Shown: positions 1-9,385 of the stretch, in pieces
Numbering within the stretch: the stretch's first letter is position 1
How the letters are laid out: every line of letters begins with the position of its first letter
DNA from: Nitrospinaceae bacterium
Lineage (GTDB): Bacteria; Nitrospinota; Nitrospinia; Nitrospinales; Nitrospinaceae
Assembly: GCA_965237905.1 (NCBI GenBank)
Contig: OZ250172.1
Coordinates: forward strand, 1,344,001-1,408,000
Length of the DNA stretch: 64,000 bases
Reading direction: 5' to 3'
Position numbers and translations under genes: made by a program
Notes under the pieces: generated by a model
Told to the model about the DNA's origin: nothing
The model's input: only the letters and a program-made list of their open reading frames with translations
The model's database searches: none

Positions 1-1000
1 GATGCTGGTCACCCAACTTTTTTCCTTCGACTGCGACTTCTAAATACTCGTCAAACGCCCTTTGCGCCAGGCCCGTTGCCAGCGCGGCAATGGTGATTCT
101 CCCCGAATTCAACATTCGGATAGCATAGGGCGCCCCGCAACCCAGTTTCCCCACCAGGTTTTCCTGAGCCACTTCGACATCATCCAGGATCAGTTCCCCC
201 AGGGACGAGTTTTCGACCGTCCTTTTTTCAAACACCTGTCCAACTTTGAAACCGGGAGTCCCTTGCTCAACAAGAAACATAGAAATACCAAGATCACCTT
301 CCGCCGGTTCCGAGGTTCGGGCGAATACCACAAACACGTCCGCCGTTTCCACATTAGTAATGAACATCTTCCCGCCGGTGATTTGGTATCTTTTTCCACC
401 CTTCATGGGAACCGCCCGGGTGGTCATTTCCTTCATGATGTTGGAACCGGAAGCGGACCCTTCCGTAAGCGCGAATCCGGCGAGTTTTGCACCCGCGATC
501 AATTCACGCAGAATACTTTCACCATACCCTGAAAGTTGACCGGCCTCATAATTGAAACGCAACCCTTCCATTACTGTATTGGAGATCGCATACCGAACCC
601 CGACGCTGGGAGAGGCCTTGCCCAGGGTTTCGAGACAAGCCATAAATACGGGATAAGGGATTTCCAAACCGCCCAGTTGTTCGGAAAAGGCCATGCCGGG
701 CAGTCCAAAATCCGCAATTTGACGATACACCTCATCCGGTATCTTTTCATTCTTCTTGGTCTGGGCGATGGCGGTTTCCAAAGCTTGTTGGTCATATTTT
801 CCTGATTGGCTCAATTGGAACGCCAAACTTTTAAGCGAATCCTGCGCCCGCTCCATTTCCGTTTTTTTCTCGGCGGGCAGAACCTTGGCCTCCACGAGTT
901 GGCCGAAGGTTTGGAGCATTTCCTGAAACGATTCGTGTTGGGGGTCGCCGCCATACAGCATCCGAATCTGGTGGGTTTGGCCGCTGGTGATATAACTCAT
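1..1000 (-). CDS. Acyl-CoA dehydrogenase family protein (3' end runs off the window)
   Basis: Not in the ORF track. Manual translation from ATG at 1000 (AGGTGA RBS upstream) gives MSYITSGQ...GFALTEGSASGSNIM...YQITGGKMFITN, the ACAD ALTEP.AGSD / G.K.FITN motifs. Confidence 0.85.
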   Translation of the reverse strand, partial: MSYITSGQTHQIRMLYGGDPQHESFQEMLQTFGQLVEAKVLPAEKKTEMERAQDSLKSLAFQLSQSGKYDQQALETAIAQTKKNEKIPDEVYRQIADFGLPGMAFSEQLGGLEIPYPVFMACLETLGKASPSVGVRYAISNTVMEGLRFNYEAGQLSGYGESILRELIAGAKLAGFALTEGSASGSNIMKEMTTRAVPMKGGKRYQITGGKMFITNVETADVFVVFARTSEPAEGDLGISMFLVEQGTPGFKVGQVFEKRTVENSSLGELILDDVEVAQENLVGKLGCGAPYAIRMLNSGRITIAALATGLAQRAFDEYLEVAVEGKKLGDQH

Positions 1001-1012
1001 TCTTTCACCTCT

Positions 1013-1912
1013 TCACCGTTTCAAATATTTCAACAACTGGTTGTTGACTTCCTGGGTTTGGTTATCCATCCACAGGTAGAATCCGGCCCCCGTTTTATTG
1101 CCCAACAGCCCGGCGTCCACCATTCGGGTCAATAAAGATGCCGGTTTGAACCGCTCTCCCAGCTCGCTTTCCAGAACGGAAAGAATATGATGGGTCGTAT
1201 CGTTTCCTATGACATCCGATAAAGCCAAGGGCCCCAGGGGATGATTCAAACAGTATTTCGCGCCGTTATCCACATCCTCGACGGTGGAAGTTCCCTCTTC
1301 CACTACATGAATCGCTTCATTGATTAAAGGCATGAGGATTCGGTTAATGACAAACCCGGCCTTGTCCGAGGAATACACCGGTCGTTTGGAAAGTTGTTCC
1401 GCCAATTGTTTGGTTTTTTGATACGTTTTTTCCGAAGTCCTCAATCCTTTGATGATTTCAACCCCCGGCATCAGGGGGACGGGATTCATGAAATGCATGC
1501 CGATGACATTCTCCGGATGACGGGTGACGGAAGCCAGCTCGGTAATCGGGATAGAAGACGTGTTGGAGGCCAATACCGCGGAGGCACCGCACAACTGATC
1601 CAGTTTTAGAAAGAGGGCCTTTTTCGGCTCGCGTTCCTCAGTGATGGCTTCCACGATAAAAAACGAATCCGCCACTCCATCCAAATCATTGGCAACGGAA
1701 ATTTTTTCACCCGCGCTCTCGGCAAGATCCTTTTCAAGCTCTCCCTTTTCGACGAGTTTCTGTAAATGCCTTTTGATGATTTCCAATCCCTTTTCCGCCG
1801 CGCCCTCAACGCTATCATGCAAAACCACCTGGAAACCCGCCTGAGCCGCCACCTGTGCGATACCCCGGCCCATGGTTCCGGTGCCGACCACTGCGATTTT
1901 CTGATCGTCCAT
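1013..1912 (-). CDS. 3-hydroxybutyryl-CoA / 3-hydroxyacyl-CoA dehydrogenase
   Basis: VVGTGTMGRGIA Rossmann motif, ASNTSSIPI, GMHFMNP, GFVINRIL. Start taken at MDDQK with GAGG RBS. Confidence 0.92.
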   Translation of the reverse strand: MDDQKIAVVGTGTMGRGIAQVAAQAGFQVVLHDSVEGAAEKGLEIIKRHLQKLVEKGELEKDLAESAGEKISVANDLDGVADSFFIVEAITEEREPKKALFLKLDQLCGASAVLASNTSSIPITELASVTRHPENVIGMHFMNPVPLMPGVEIIKGLRTSEKTYQKTKQLAEQLSKRPVYSSDKAGFVINRILMPLINEAIHVVEEGTSTVEDVDNGAKYCLNHPLGPLALSDVIGNDTTHHILSVLESELGERFKPASLLTRMVDAGLLGNKTGAGFYLWMDNQTQEVNNQLLKYLKR

Positions 1913-1926
1913 GCTCAAGTTCCTCT

Positions 1927-2535
1927 TTAAATCTGGTAATGCTTGCTGGGAATATATCCTTCCGGCAAATCCCGGGCTGGGGTGCCTTTTCGTACCCACA
2001 TAACATCGCTGGCGGAGGCCCGGGGCGCTTGCCGGAACACCGGCCTCAATTCATCCCCCTTGACCAATGTGTTGTAATCTTCGAGGCTCACCATGCCGGC
2101 AGTCAACGTGTCCAACGCGGTTCCTTCGGGGAGGACGGCCTGGACCCAGGCGACCGTCACCGGTAGTTGATCCATAAAACTGATGCCTGCCAGATTCACC
2201 GCCGTCGATTTGGTTTCCACCGTGAACCGGGTTTCGTCCGGCAAGGTTTCCCATGAGGTTTTCTCATAGCACTCCGGACAATCCATCCGCGGCACCTGAA
2301 ACCGAAGCACCCGTGGCTCGTCATGTCCGTCCTGGTTGGAGCATACCGTATAGCGCAACACGGCATTTTCTTTTTCCATGATACCTTGGAAATAGGCAGA
2401 CATGCCGCCATAACTTTTTTTATATCGAATGGTCGCCTCTCGCTCGACCACCACCAAATGTTCGGGGTGGCGCGATGGCTTGTAACTTTTATCTTCGGGA
2501 TTCAAAAACGTGTCTTTGACTGGCATCGTTACCAC
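1927..2535 (-). CDS. DUF35-like (Zn-ribbon + OB-fold) thiolase partner protein
   Basis: SYGGMSAYFQG, PRMDCPEC, OB-fold-like C-terminus (GDELRPVF). Overlaps the end of the thiolase gene. Confidence 0.7.
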   Translation of the reverse strand: MVTMPVKDTFLNPEDKSYKPSRHPEHLVVVEREATIRYKKSYGGMSAYFQGIMEKENAVLRYTVCSNQDGHDEPRVLRFQVPRMDCPECYEKTSWETLPDETRFTVETKSTAVNLAGISFMDQLPVTVAWVQAVLPEGTALDTLTAGMVSLEDYNTLVKGDELRPVFRQAPRASASDVMWVRKGTPARDLPEGYIPSKHYQI

Positions 2536-3944
2536 CCTTTCTCTACTGTGGTCACCGTAATGTCGCTTCCCGTTCCGGCGTGACTGTGAAACAGCGCTTT
2601 TTCCACCTTAGGTATTTGCAGTTCCGGGTGACCGTATTTTTCCTCAATCATTCCCTTCATTTGCCAGATCACATCCACCGCTTGCGTATTGCCGGTGGCG
2701 CCGACGGCATGCATCTGGCCGATCAATCCTCCGGATGGATTCACGTACACTCCGTTTGCTCCGCCGATTTTGGGATTGATCGGAACCTGCCCCTGCTTAT
2801 CTAACGGCAGGGCGGTAAACAGAGAGCTGGCATGCCCGTAGGGAATCATACCCAAATCCTCCATCGTTTGAATGACGCTGATGACAAACGCATCGTGAAT
2901 TTCGATGAGATCAAAATATTCCAGAGGATTTCCCGTGATGCCGGCCATTGCGTAAGCTTTCTTGGCCGCCCAGCGTCCCGCCCGGAAGGAATGCAAGCCT
3001 GGATATTCGAGAGTTTTGTAATGTTTCACCAGTTCAGGGTCCGCCAACTCATGCGGTAACAACAGATCTTCTTTGATCAGGCCTCCGATCGTTCGGGGAC
3101 GCTCCCCCGTACGCATGGTATCGGTGCCGTTACCCACACCCGTCACCACAATCGGCTGGTCGGTAAATTCCCTGGCTAAATCTTCCGAAGCCACGATCAC
3201 GGCGGAGGCGCCGTCGGTCATAAGACAGCAATCCAACCGGTAGGAGGGCGTCGCCACGATGCCTGATTTGGAAACGTCGTCTACTCCGATGAATCCGCTG
3301 GTGGTGGGGGTGGCATAAGGGTTTTGGTGACAGGTTTGGGCCCGGCGGTTGTATTGCGCATTGTTGCGCATGAGGACGGCGATTTTGTCGAAAGCATCGC
3401 GCAAATCCTCCGCGGAAACGGTATGGCCGATAAAGGTATCCATATAGGCCTGGGCCATCGCCGCATAATAAAGAGGATAAAAACCCCCTTGTGGAAGATC
3501 GGTTACCGTGCAGGACGCATGCGCGATAAATTCATTACCCTGGAAGGTGTCAACTTCGGACATCTTTTCGTAGCCCACCGCTAAAGCGATATCCTGTCTG
3601 CCGGAAGCCACTTTTTCAATAGCCGACTGCACTCCCAACCCGCCAGTACAGCCGCCGCCCACCACGCGATAGGATTCCACTGGGTTCAATCCGATATAAT
3701 CCCGCGCCAACGCTTCGCCCAGCAATTGACCGGCGAAATGATCTGCGAAATGGGTGATGATGACGGCACCCTTTTCCTTCATCAATGCGCGGAACTCTTT
3801 GGGTTTGAGGCCGATCCCGGCCACCGCCTCTTTGGTGGCCTGCATCGCCATCTCATAGAACATCAGGTCTGGGTTGGCTTTGGCGAAATAGTCCACCTTG
3901 CCACCGGACAGCAACACCACTTTTCTTTCCAGCTTGCCAGCCAT
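2529..3944 (-). CDS. SCP2-type thiolase domain protein
   Basis: GGGCTGG active-site Cys, AVGYEKMS, DCCLMTDGASA, EIHDAF, VNPSGGLIGQMHAVGATG. Start may be 3944 or 3965. Confidence 0.85.
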   Translation of the reverse strand: MAGKLERKVVLLSGGKVDYFAKANPDLMFYEMAMQATKEAVAGIGLKPKEFRALMKEKGAVIITHFADHFAGQLLGEALARDYIGLNPVESYRVVGGGCTGGLGVQSAIEKVASGRQDIALAVGYEKMSEVDTFQGNEFIAHASCTVTDLPQGGFYPLYYAAMAQAYMDTFIGHTVSAEDLRDAFDKIAVLMRNNAQYNRRAQTCHQNPYATPTTSGFIGVDDVSKSGIVATPSYRLDCCLMTDGASAVIVASEDLAREFTDQPIVVTGVGNGTDTMRTGERPRTIGGLIKEDLLLPHELADPELVKHYKTLEYPGLHSFRAGRWAAKKAYAMAGITGNPLEYFDLIEIHDAFVISVIQTMEDLGMIPYGHASSLFTALPLDKQGQVPINPKIGGANGVYVNPSGGLIGQMHAVGATGNTQAVDVIWQMKGMIEEKYGHPELQIPKVEKALFHSHAGTGSDITVTTVEKGW

Positions 3945-4382
3945 TGCAGGCCTCCAATCGTTCATCCACGGACTTGAGGGGATGAGGAATTTCTGGCATT
4001 GAATCGTATACGCGATCGAGCCATCGGGACATGTTCCTACTATTATTTTAACGGCTTTTAGGAAGGATGCGACCTCTTTCGTCTCTATACAGTTAAAGAA
4101 TCCAATGCCCTGAAGTGGAAAATGGAAAAGATAACTGGTATGAGAGGATCATCCCAAAAAACTCCTGCGCTGGAATCACCTATTTTCTAAGGGATTCAGG
4201 GCTTCCACCCCTCCGGCCACCTCCAATCTATTAAGATATTGTAATTTTTGGCCTTATAATAAGTATTAAGACGAACCTTGATCTATTTCGTCAACATCTA
4301 CTAATATATAAACAGAAGGTCTTTTGGCGCCCCTTGGAGCGCCTGGATTCCTTATAAATCTTCTACTCCGGGGGTTAGAACT

Positions 4383-5513
4383 ATGGACAATCCTTCGGTC
4401 CTTGGAATTCAAAAAGTTTATTCGGTGGAGTTTGTAGTCGATTATTTCGACCGGAGCCGCAATTTTTATATCAACAACATGGGTTTTCAGGAAACCCACA
4501 GCTCCACCTCCGCCTGGGAGGACCGGTTTAAAACCAAGGCTCTCTATTTTTCCGCAAACGATATCAAGATCATGGTTGCGGCCCCCCTTTCCCATCACAG
4601 CTATACCGCGCAGTATTTGAAAATTCTGTGTCCGGGGATACGGAAGGTTACTTTTCTGGTAGAAAACCTGGACCACGCCATCGAATATTTAAAAAATCAT
4701 CACGCGACCTTTATTCACGACGTATTGGAGATCGAATCTTCTCATTCCCGGCACCGGTTCATCACTATAGCCACGCCTATAGGATTCCTCGAATTCACGT
4801 TTTTGGAAATTGAGGGGGATGAACAAGATATCCCCATGTTCGATCACATTCCGTCGGATAAGGCCCAAGAGGTGATCTACCAGAATATTGATCACATGAC
4901 GATTAATGCCAGAACCATATTCCCCATTTGTCATTTTCTCGATCACGTCATGGATTTTAAAAAGTTCTGGAACGTTTCCTTTCATACGCCGGACTACCAA
5001 TCCGGTAAGAAAGGGACCGGACTGTCTTCACAGGTGATGTACGATCCGGCATCGATGGCTAAGTTTGCCACCAATGAACCTCTGTATCCCCATTTCAACG
5101 ACTCCCAAATCCAGACTTTTGTAGAAAGAAATCATGGCGCCGGGATCCAGCACCTCGCCCTTTCGGTGGATCATCTGGTCGACACCATTGAAACCCTGAG
5201 ATCAAGGGGAGTCGAATTTCTCACCACTCCCGATAAGTATTACGACCTTTTGCCGGAACGCCTGGCGAAGCAGAAGATTACGAATTTCAAGGAAGACATC
5301 GCGGATCTCAAGAAACAGGGGATTCTGGTGGATGGAGAGGCTGGAAAATATCTTCTCCAGATCTTTTTAAAGGATGCCTCCGTGCTCTACCAGGAAGAAC
5401 ACGCCGGGCCGTTTTTCTATGAAATCATCCAGCGATGCGGTCATCCCGGTTTTGGAGAAGGAAACTTTCGGGCTTTGTTTGAAGCGATTGAATTACAGGA
5501 ATCCTCCCAATGA
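4383..5513 (+). CDS. hppD: 4-hydroxyphenylpyruvate dioxygenase
   Basis: IDHMT, SQIQTFVERNHGAGIQHLAL, YLLQIF, FFYEIIQR, GFGEGNFRALFEAIE signature. Confidence 0.93.
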   Translation: MDNPSVLGIQKVYSVEFVVDYFDRSRNFYINNMGFQETHSSTSAWEDRFKTKALYFSANDIKIMVAAPLSHHSYTAQYLKILCPGIRKVTFLVENLDHAIEYLKNHHATFIHDVLEIESSHSRHRFITIATPIGFLEFTFLEIEGDEQDIPMFDHIPSDKAQEVIYQNIDHMTINARTIFPICHFLDHVMDFKKFWNVSFHTPDYQSGKKGTGLSSQVMYDPASMAKFATNEPLYPHFNDSQIQTFVERNHGAGIQHLALSVDHLVDTIETLRSRGVEFLTTPDKYYDLLPERLAKQKITNFKEDIADLKKQGILVDGEAGKYLLQIFLKDASVLYQEEHAGPFFYEIIQRCGHPGFGEGNFRALFEAIELQESSQ

Positions 5514-6358
5514 AATTGTTAAGATACTCCAAGGGTTCAGAACAAGGACACGGGATTCTGTCAGGACACGAAATTTTTCCTCTCATTCACATGACCACCA
5601 CCGATGCCCTGAACCACCTTCGAGAAGGCGACGCGCAGTGGCGGAAAGTCATGAAACAAACCCCATTAGACCTTTCGGAGGTGACCCTATTACCGCCGGT
5701 GGAGCACCCGGGTGCGTTTTTGGATTTCTATACCTTCGAAGAACATGTTCGCACTGCCCGGAAAAAACGCGGACTGGACATGGTTCCCGAGTGGTATGAA
5801 TACCCGGCTTGGTACAATGGATCGTCGCGTTGCTTCAGCGGCGACGGAACCACCGTCCATTTCCCTGCGAATGAAAACAAAAAAGATTATGAACTGGAGC
5901 TGGGGATTGTGATCAAGAAACCCTGTCACGGGGTAACGCCTGGAGAAGCCGGCGAGTATATCGGCGCATATACCATTGTGAACGATTTCAGCGCCCGCGA
6001 AATCCAGGGAAAGATCATGAAAATAGGCCTGGGTCCTGCCAAGGCCAAAGACTTTAACACCGGGCTGGGACCCTGGATGGTCACGCCGGATGAAATCGGC
6101 AACCCGCGCAACCTGAAAATGACCGCGCATGTGAACGGGACGTTATGGTCGGAGGGCAACAGTGGTGCCTCCCATTTCACCTTCGAGCAGATGATCGCCT
6201 TCGCTTCACAAGACCAAACACTGCACGCCGGGGATGTCCTGGCCAGCGGCACGGTGGGAACGGGATGCGGATTGGAACTGGACCGGTTTCTTCAATCGGG
6301 TGACAAGGTGGAACTGGAAATCGAAAACATCGGCAAACTGACACATTGGATAGGTTAA
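5510..6358 (+). CDS. Fumarylacetoacetate hydrolase family protein
   Basis: DFYTFEEH, DYELELGIVI, NDFSARE, KAKDF, GDVLASGT. Translationally coupled to hppD. Confidence 0.9.
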   Translation: MKLLRYSKGSEQGHGILSGHEIFPLIHMTTTDALNHLREGDAQWRKVMKQTPLDLSEVTLLPPVEHPGAFLDFYTFEEHVRTARKKRGLDMVPEWYEYPAWYNGSSRCFSGDGTTVHFPANENKKDYELELGIVIKKPCHGVTPGEAGEYIGAYTIVNDFSAREIQGKIMKIGLGPAKAKDFNTGLGPWMVTPDEIGNPRNLKMTAHVNGTLWSEGNSGASHFTFEQMIAFASQDQTLHAGDVLASGTVGTGCGLELDRFLQSGDKVELEIENIGKLTHWIG

Positions 6359-6362
6359 AACC

Positions 6363-7532
6363 ATGTTCAAATACTTAAAGTTCGGTAACGTAGCCCCGAT
6401 GCACCATACCGCCCATTATGTGGACGGCCGTTTGCTGAACGAATACTGTTTTACCCGCGAAGGCTTTGAAGAACCCTACTCGATCCTGTATCTGGTTCAT
6501 CCTCCCACCGGCGAATCCGAACAGGAGGTGTACCGGGAAGCGGCCTGGGGAATCCCTCAAAAAAGGGAATTGGCGGTATTGCAACGCCGTCACTTTCGCA
6601 CCCGGCGGATGGAACCCGAGGGCCATTTTATTTCAGGCCGAACGCTTCTCACTTTCAACGACGACCTGACCTATGGCATCTGTCACCCGCAAAAAGAAGA
6701 GGCTGCTTTTTTCGCCAACAACGATGCCGACGAACTGTTTTTCCTGGCCGAGGGCACTGTTCGGTTCCAATCCCTTTTCGGCAAAATGACCTTGACGGCC
6801 GGGGACTACTTGATCATCCCCCGGTCCTGTCCCTATCGGTTCAGCTTCGACGCACCGCCGCGTCTGCTGGTTGTGGAAGCGAAAAACAATATTTCCATTC
6901 CAGATGTCTATGTCCACAAGGAGGGCCAGCTCAAGATGGACGCGCCTTATTCCGAGCGCAGTTTTCAAGTGCCTGAATGGGATGCTTCCTTATTTGAGAG
7001 CGACGAGCCGGTTTCCATCATTCGAAAACGCCAAGGCATTTTTACACACACCCGCTACCCCGAAAATTTTTTCCAAATGGCCGGGTGGGATGGTTATGTC
7101 TATCCTTATGCCCTCAATATCAAGAATATCCAGCCCAAAACCGGGCGGGTACACCTGCCCCCAGTTTCGCACATGACCTTTATGGGTCAAGGCTTCGCCG
7201 TGATGAGTTTTCTGCCTCGGGTTTTGGACTTTGACGAAAAAGCGGTTCCTTGTCCTTTTTATCATTCTTCAGTAGATTGCGATGAGCTGTTGTTTTACCA
7301 CTCCGGCGATTTCACCAGTAGGAAAACCATTGAACCGGGATCGATCAGCTTTCATCCGTCCGGCATTCCACACGGACCGCACCCCGGCGCATACCAAAAT
7401 TCCATCGGACTTAAACGGACTGACGAACAGGCCGTGATGGTCGATACCTTTTCACCCCTCTATTTGACTGCAAACAGCGAAGCCCTGGAGGATCCCGATT
7501 ATCCAAAAAGCTGGCAGGAGAACCCATCATGA
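6363..7532 (+). CDS. hmgA: Homogentisate 1,2-dioxygenase
   Basis: NNDADELFF, GWDGYVYPY, HLPP.SH, FYHSSVDCDELLFY, HPSGIPHGPHPG, AVMVDTF. Confidence 0.92.
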   Translation: MFKYLKFGNVAPMHHTAHYVDGRLLNEYCFTREGFEEPYSILYLVHPPTGESEQEVYREAAWGIPQKRELAVLQRRHFRTRRMEPEGHFISGRTLLTFNDDLTYGICHPQKEEAAFFANNDADELFFLAEGTVRFQSLFGKMTLTAGDYLIIPRSCPYRFSFDAPPRLLVVEAKNNISIPDVYVHKEGQLKMDAPYSERSFQVPEWDASLFESDEPVSIIRKRQGIFTHTRYPENFFQMAGWDGYVYPYALNIKNIQPKTGRVHLPPVSHMTFMGQGFAVMSFLPRVLDFDEKAVPCPFYHSSVDCDELLFYHSGDFTSRKTIEPGSISFHPSGIPHGPHPGAYQNSIGLKRTDEQAVMVDTFSPLYLTANSEALEDPDYPKSWQENPS

Positions 7533-8173
7533 ACCGTCACACCGAATTTTCAGGAATTCAACTGAAAGACCATTTCTGGGTTGAAATTTATCATCTTATG
7601 AATTCAATCGTTCAGCCGCGCCCCATTGCGTGGATTTCCAGCATTTCTTCCGGTGGCGTCGTAAACCTGGCGCCGTTCAGTTATTTCAATATCTGTTCGA
7701 TGAATCCGCCTATCATTTCGAATTCCATTTTTTTTAATCGCGACGGCTCCGAAAAGGACACACTGAAAAATATCAAAGCCACCAAAAAATACGTGGTGGG
7801 CACTGTTTCATTTAAAGCGGCTGAAAAAGCAAATATCTCCTCCGCTCCATTCGATGCCAGTGTAAACGAGTTTGAGGAAGCGAAAGTACACTCCATTGAC
7901 CGGGGCTCCGGGGAGCCTCCCTTCATTTCAGAAAGTCCGGTGCAACTGGTGTGCGAACTGAACCAAACCCTTCCTCTGGGAGAAGGCGCAGGGGTGGGCA
8001 CGCTGGTACTGGGAAACGTGAAGGAAATTTATCTGTCCAGCGAGTTGAAGGATTGTGAGTGGCAAAAAGGCATTCCGCCGGAAGTCATGAACAACGTGGG
8101 CCGGATGGGGGGGGATTTTTACGCAAAAACCGCGGACGTGTTTCAATTGGCGCGCGCCACCGTCAATAAATAA
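7529..8173 (+). CDS. Flavin reductase-like (FMN-binding split barrel) protein
   Basis: PRPIAWISS..G.VNLAPFSYFN, KDTLKNI, ESPVQLVC, VGRMGG. Confidence 0.85.
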   Translation: MNRHTEFSGIQLKDHFWVEIYHLMNSIVQPRPIAWISSISSGGVVNLAPFSYFNICSMNPPIISNSIFFNRDGSEKDTLKNIKATKKYVVGTVSFKAAEKANISSAPFDASVNEFEEAKVHSIDRGSGEPPFISESPVQLVCELNQTLPLGEGAGVGTLVLGNVKEIYLSSELKDCEWQKGIPPEVMNNVGRMGGDFYAKTADVFQLARATVNK

Positions 8174-8194
8174 TCCACCTAGAAGGACGTTACC

Positions 8195-9364
8195 TTGAAA
8201 AACAGTTCCTTTATATATAGCGCGGTGCGCACCCCCATTGGCGGGTTTAATGGAACTTTATCTTCGATAGCGGCACCGGACCTGGCTTCCGCCGCTATTA
8301 AGGAAGCGCTCCGTAGAGCCGGGATAAACGGGGACCATATCGGGGAAGTTCTACTCGGTAATGTGCTGTCCGCCGGAATCGGCCAGGCACCGGCCCGCCA
8401 GGCGGCGCTCAAAAGCGGGCTCCCGGAAACCGTGGGCGCCACCACCATCAACAAGGTTTGCGGATCGGGAATGAAAGCCGTCATGTTGGCGGATCAGAGT
8501 CTTCGCTTGAACCAGGCGCAATTCATTGTAGCGGGAGGCATGGAAAGTATGAGCCGGGCGCCATTCCTGCTTCCACAAATGCGCCAGGGCAGAAAACTGG
8601 GAAATGCCTCTGCCATCGACAGCATGATCCACGATGGGTTATGTGATCCCCTGGAAAACGACCACATGGGGGAATTAAGTGAAAAGATTTCCCAACAACA
8701 CGGCATCTCCCGTGAAAGTCAGGATGCCTTCGCCGCCACCAGTTATCGACGTGCCCGCAAAGCTCAGGACGAGTGTATCTTTTCCCACGAAATAGTTCCC
8801 GTAACAATCATTTCGAAAAAGGATTCCTCTGTTGTGGACAGGGACGAACAACCTTATGCAGATGATCCCGACCAACTACCCTTGCTTCCTCCGGTCTTCG
8901 ATAAGCAAAGTGGCACCATCACCAAAGGAAACGGCGCCAAGATCAGCGATGGCGCGGCGGCTTTGGTGATCGGGCGGGAATCATCCGGCCACACGCCATT
9001 GGCCCGAATCGTAGGTTACGCCACCCATGCTCAATCGTCGGCCACCTTCGCCCTGGCGCCGGTGGAGGCCATCCACAAAGTGCTTCAATCCTGCGACCTC
9101 ACAATAAAAGATATCGACCTGTTTGAAATCAATGAAGCCTTTGCCGCCATGTCACTCATCGTCAATCAAACCCTGGGCCTGGATCCGGACCAAGTCAACG
9201 TTCATGGGGGATCCATCGCCCTGGGTCACCCGATCGGAGCTACAGGAGCCCGCATCCTGGTCACCCTGATCAACGCGTTGCAGACGAGAGGCTTGAAGCG
9301 GGGTTTGGCCAGCCTATGCATCGGAGGTGGGGAAGCGACGGCGATGGTGATTGAGTTGGTTTAA
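8195..9364 (+). CDS. Acetyl-CoA C-acetyltransferase (canonical thiolase)
   Basis: RTPIG, NKVCGSG, NEAF, GHPIGATG and CIGGG motifs. TTG start. Confidence 0.93.
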   Translation: MKNSSFIYSAVRTPIGGFNGTLSSIAAPDLASAAIKEALRRAGINGDHIGEVLLGNVLSAGIGQAPARQAALKSGLPETVGATTINKVCGSGMKAVMLADQSLRLNQAQFIVAGGMESMSRAPFLLPQMRQGRKLGNASAIDSMIHDGLCDPLENDHMGELSEKISQQHGISRESQDAFAATSYRRARKAQDECIFSHEIVPVTIISKKDSSVVDRDEQPYADDPDQLPLLPPVFDKQSGTITKGNGAKISDGAAALVIGRESSGHTPLARIVGYATHAQSSATFALAPVEAIHKVLQSCDLTIKDIDLFEINEAFAAMSLIVNQTLGLDPDQVNVHGGSIALGHPIGATGARILVTLINALQTRGLKRGLASLCIGGGEATAMVIELV

Positions 9365-9385
9365 TTGTTTGGAAGGTGATCACAC

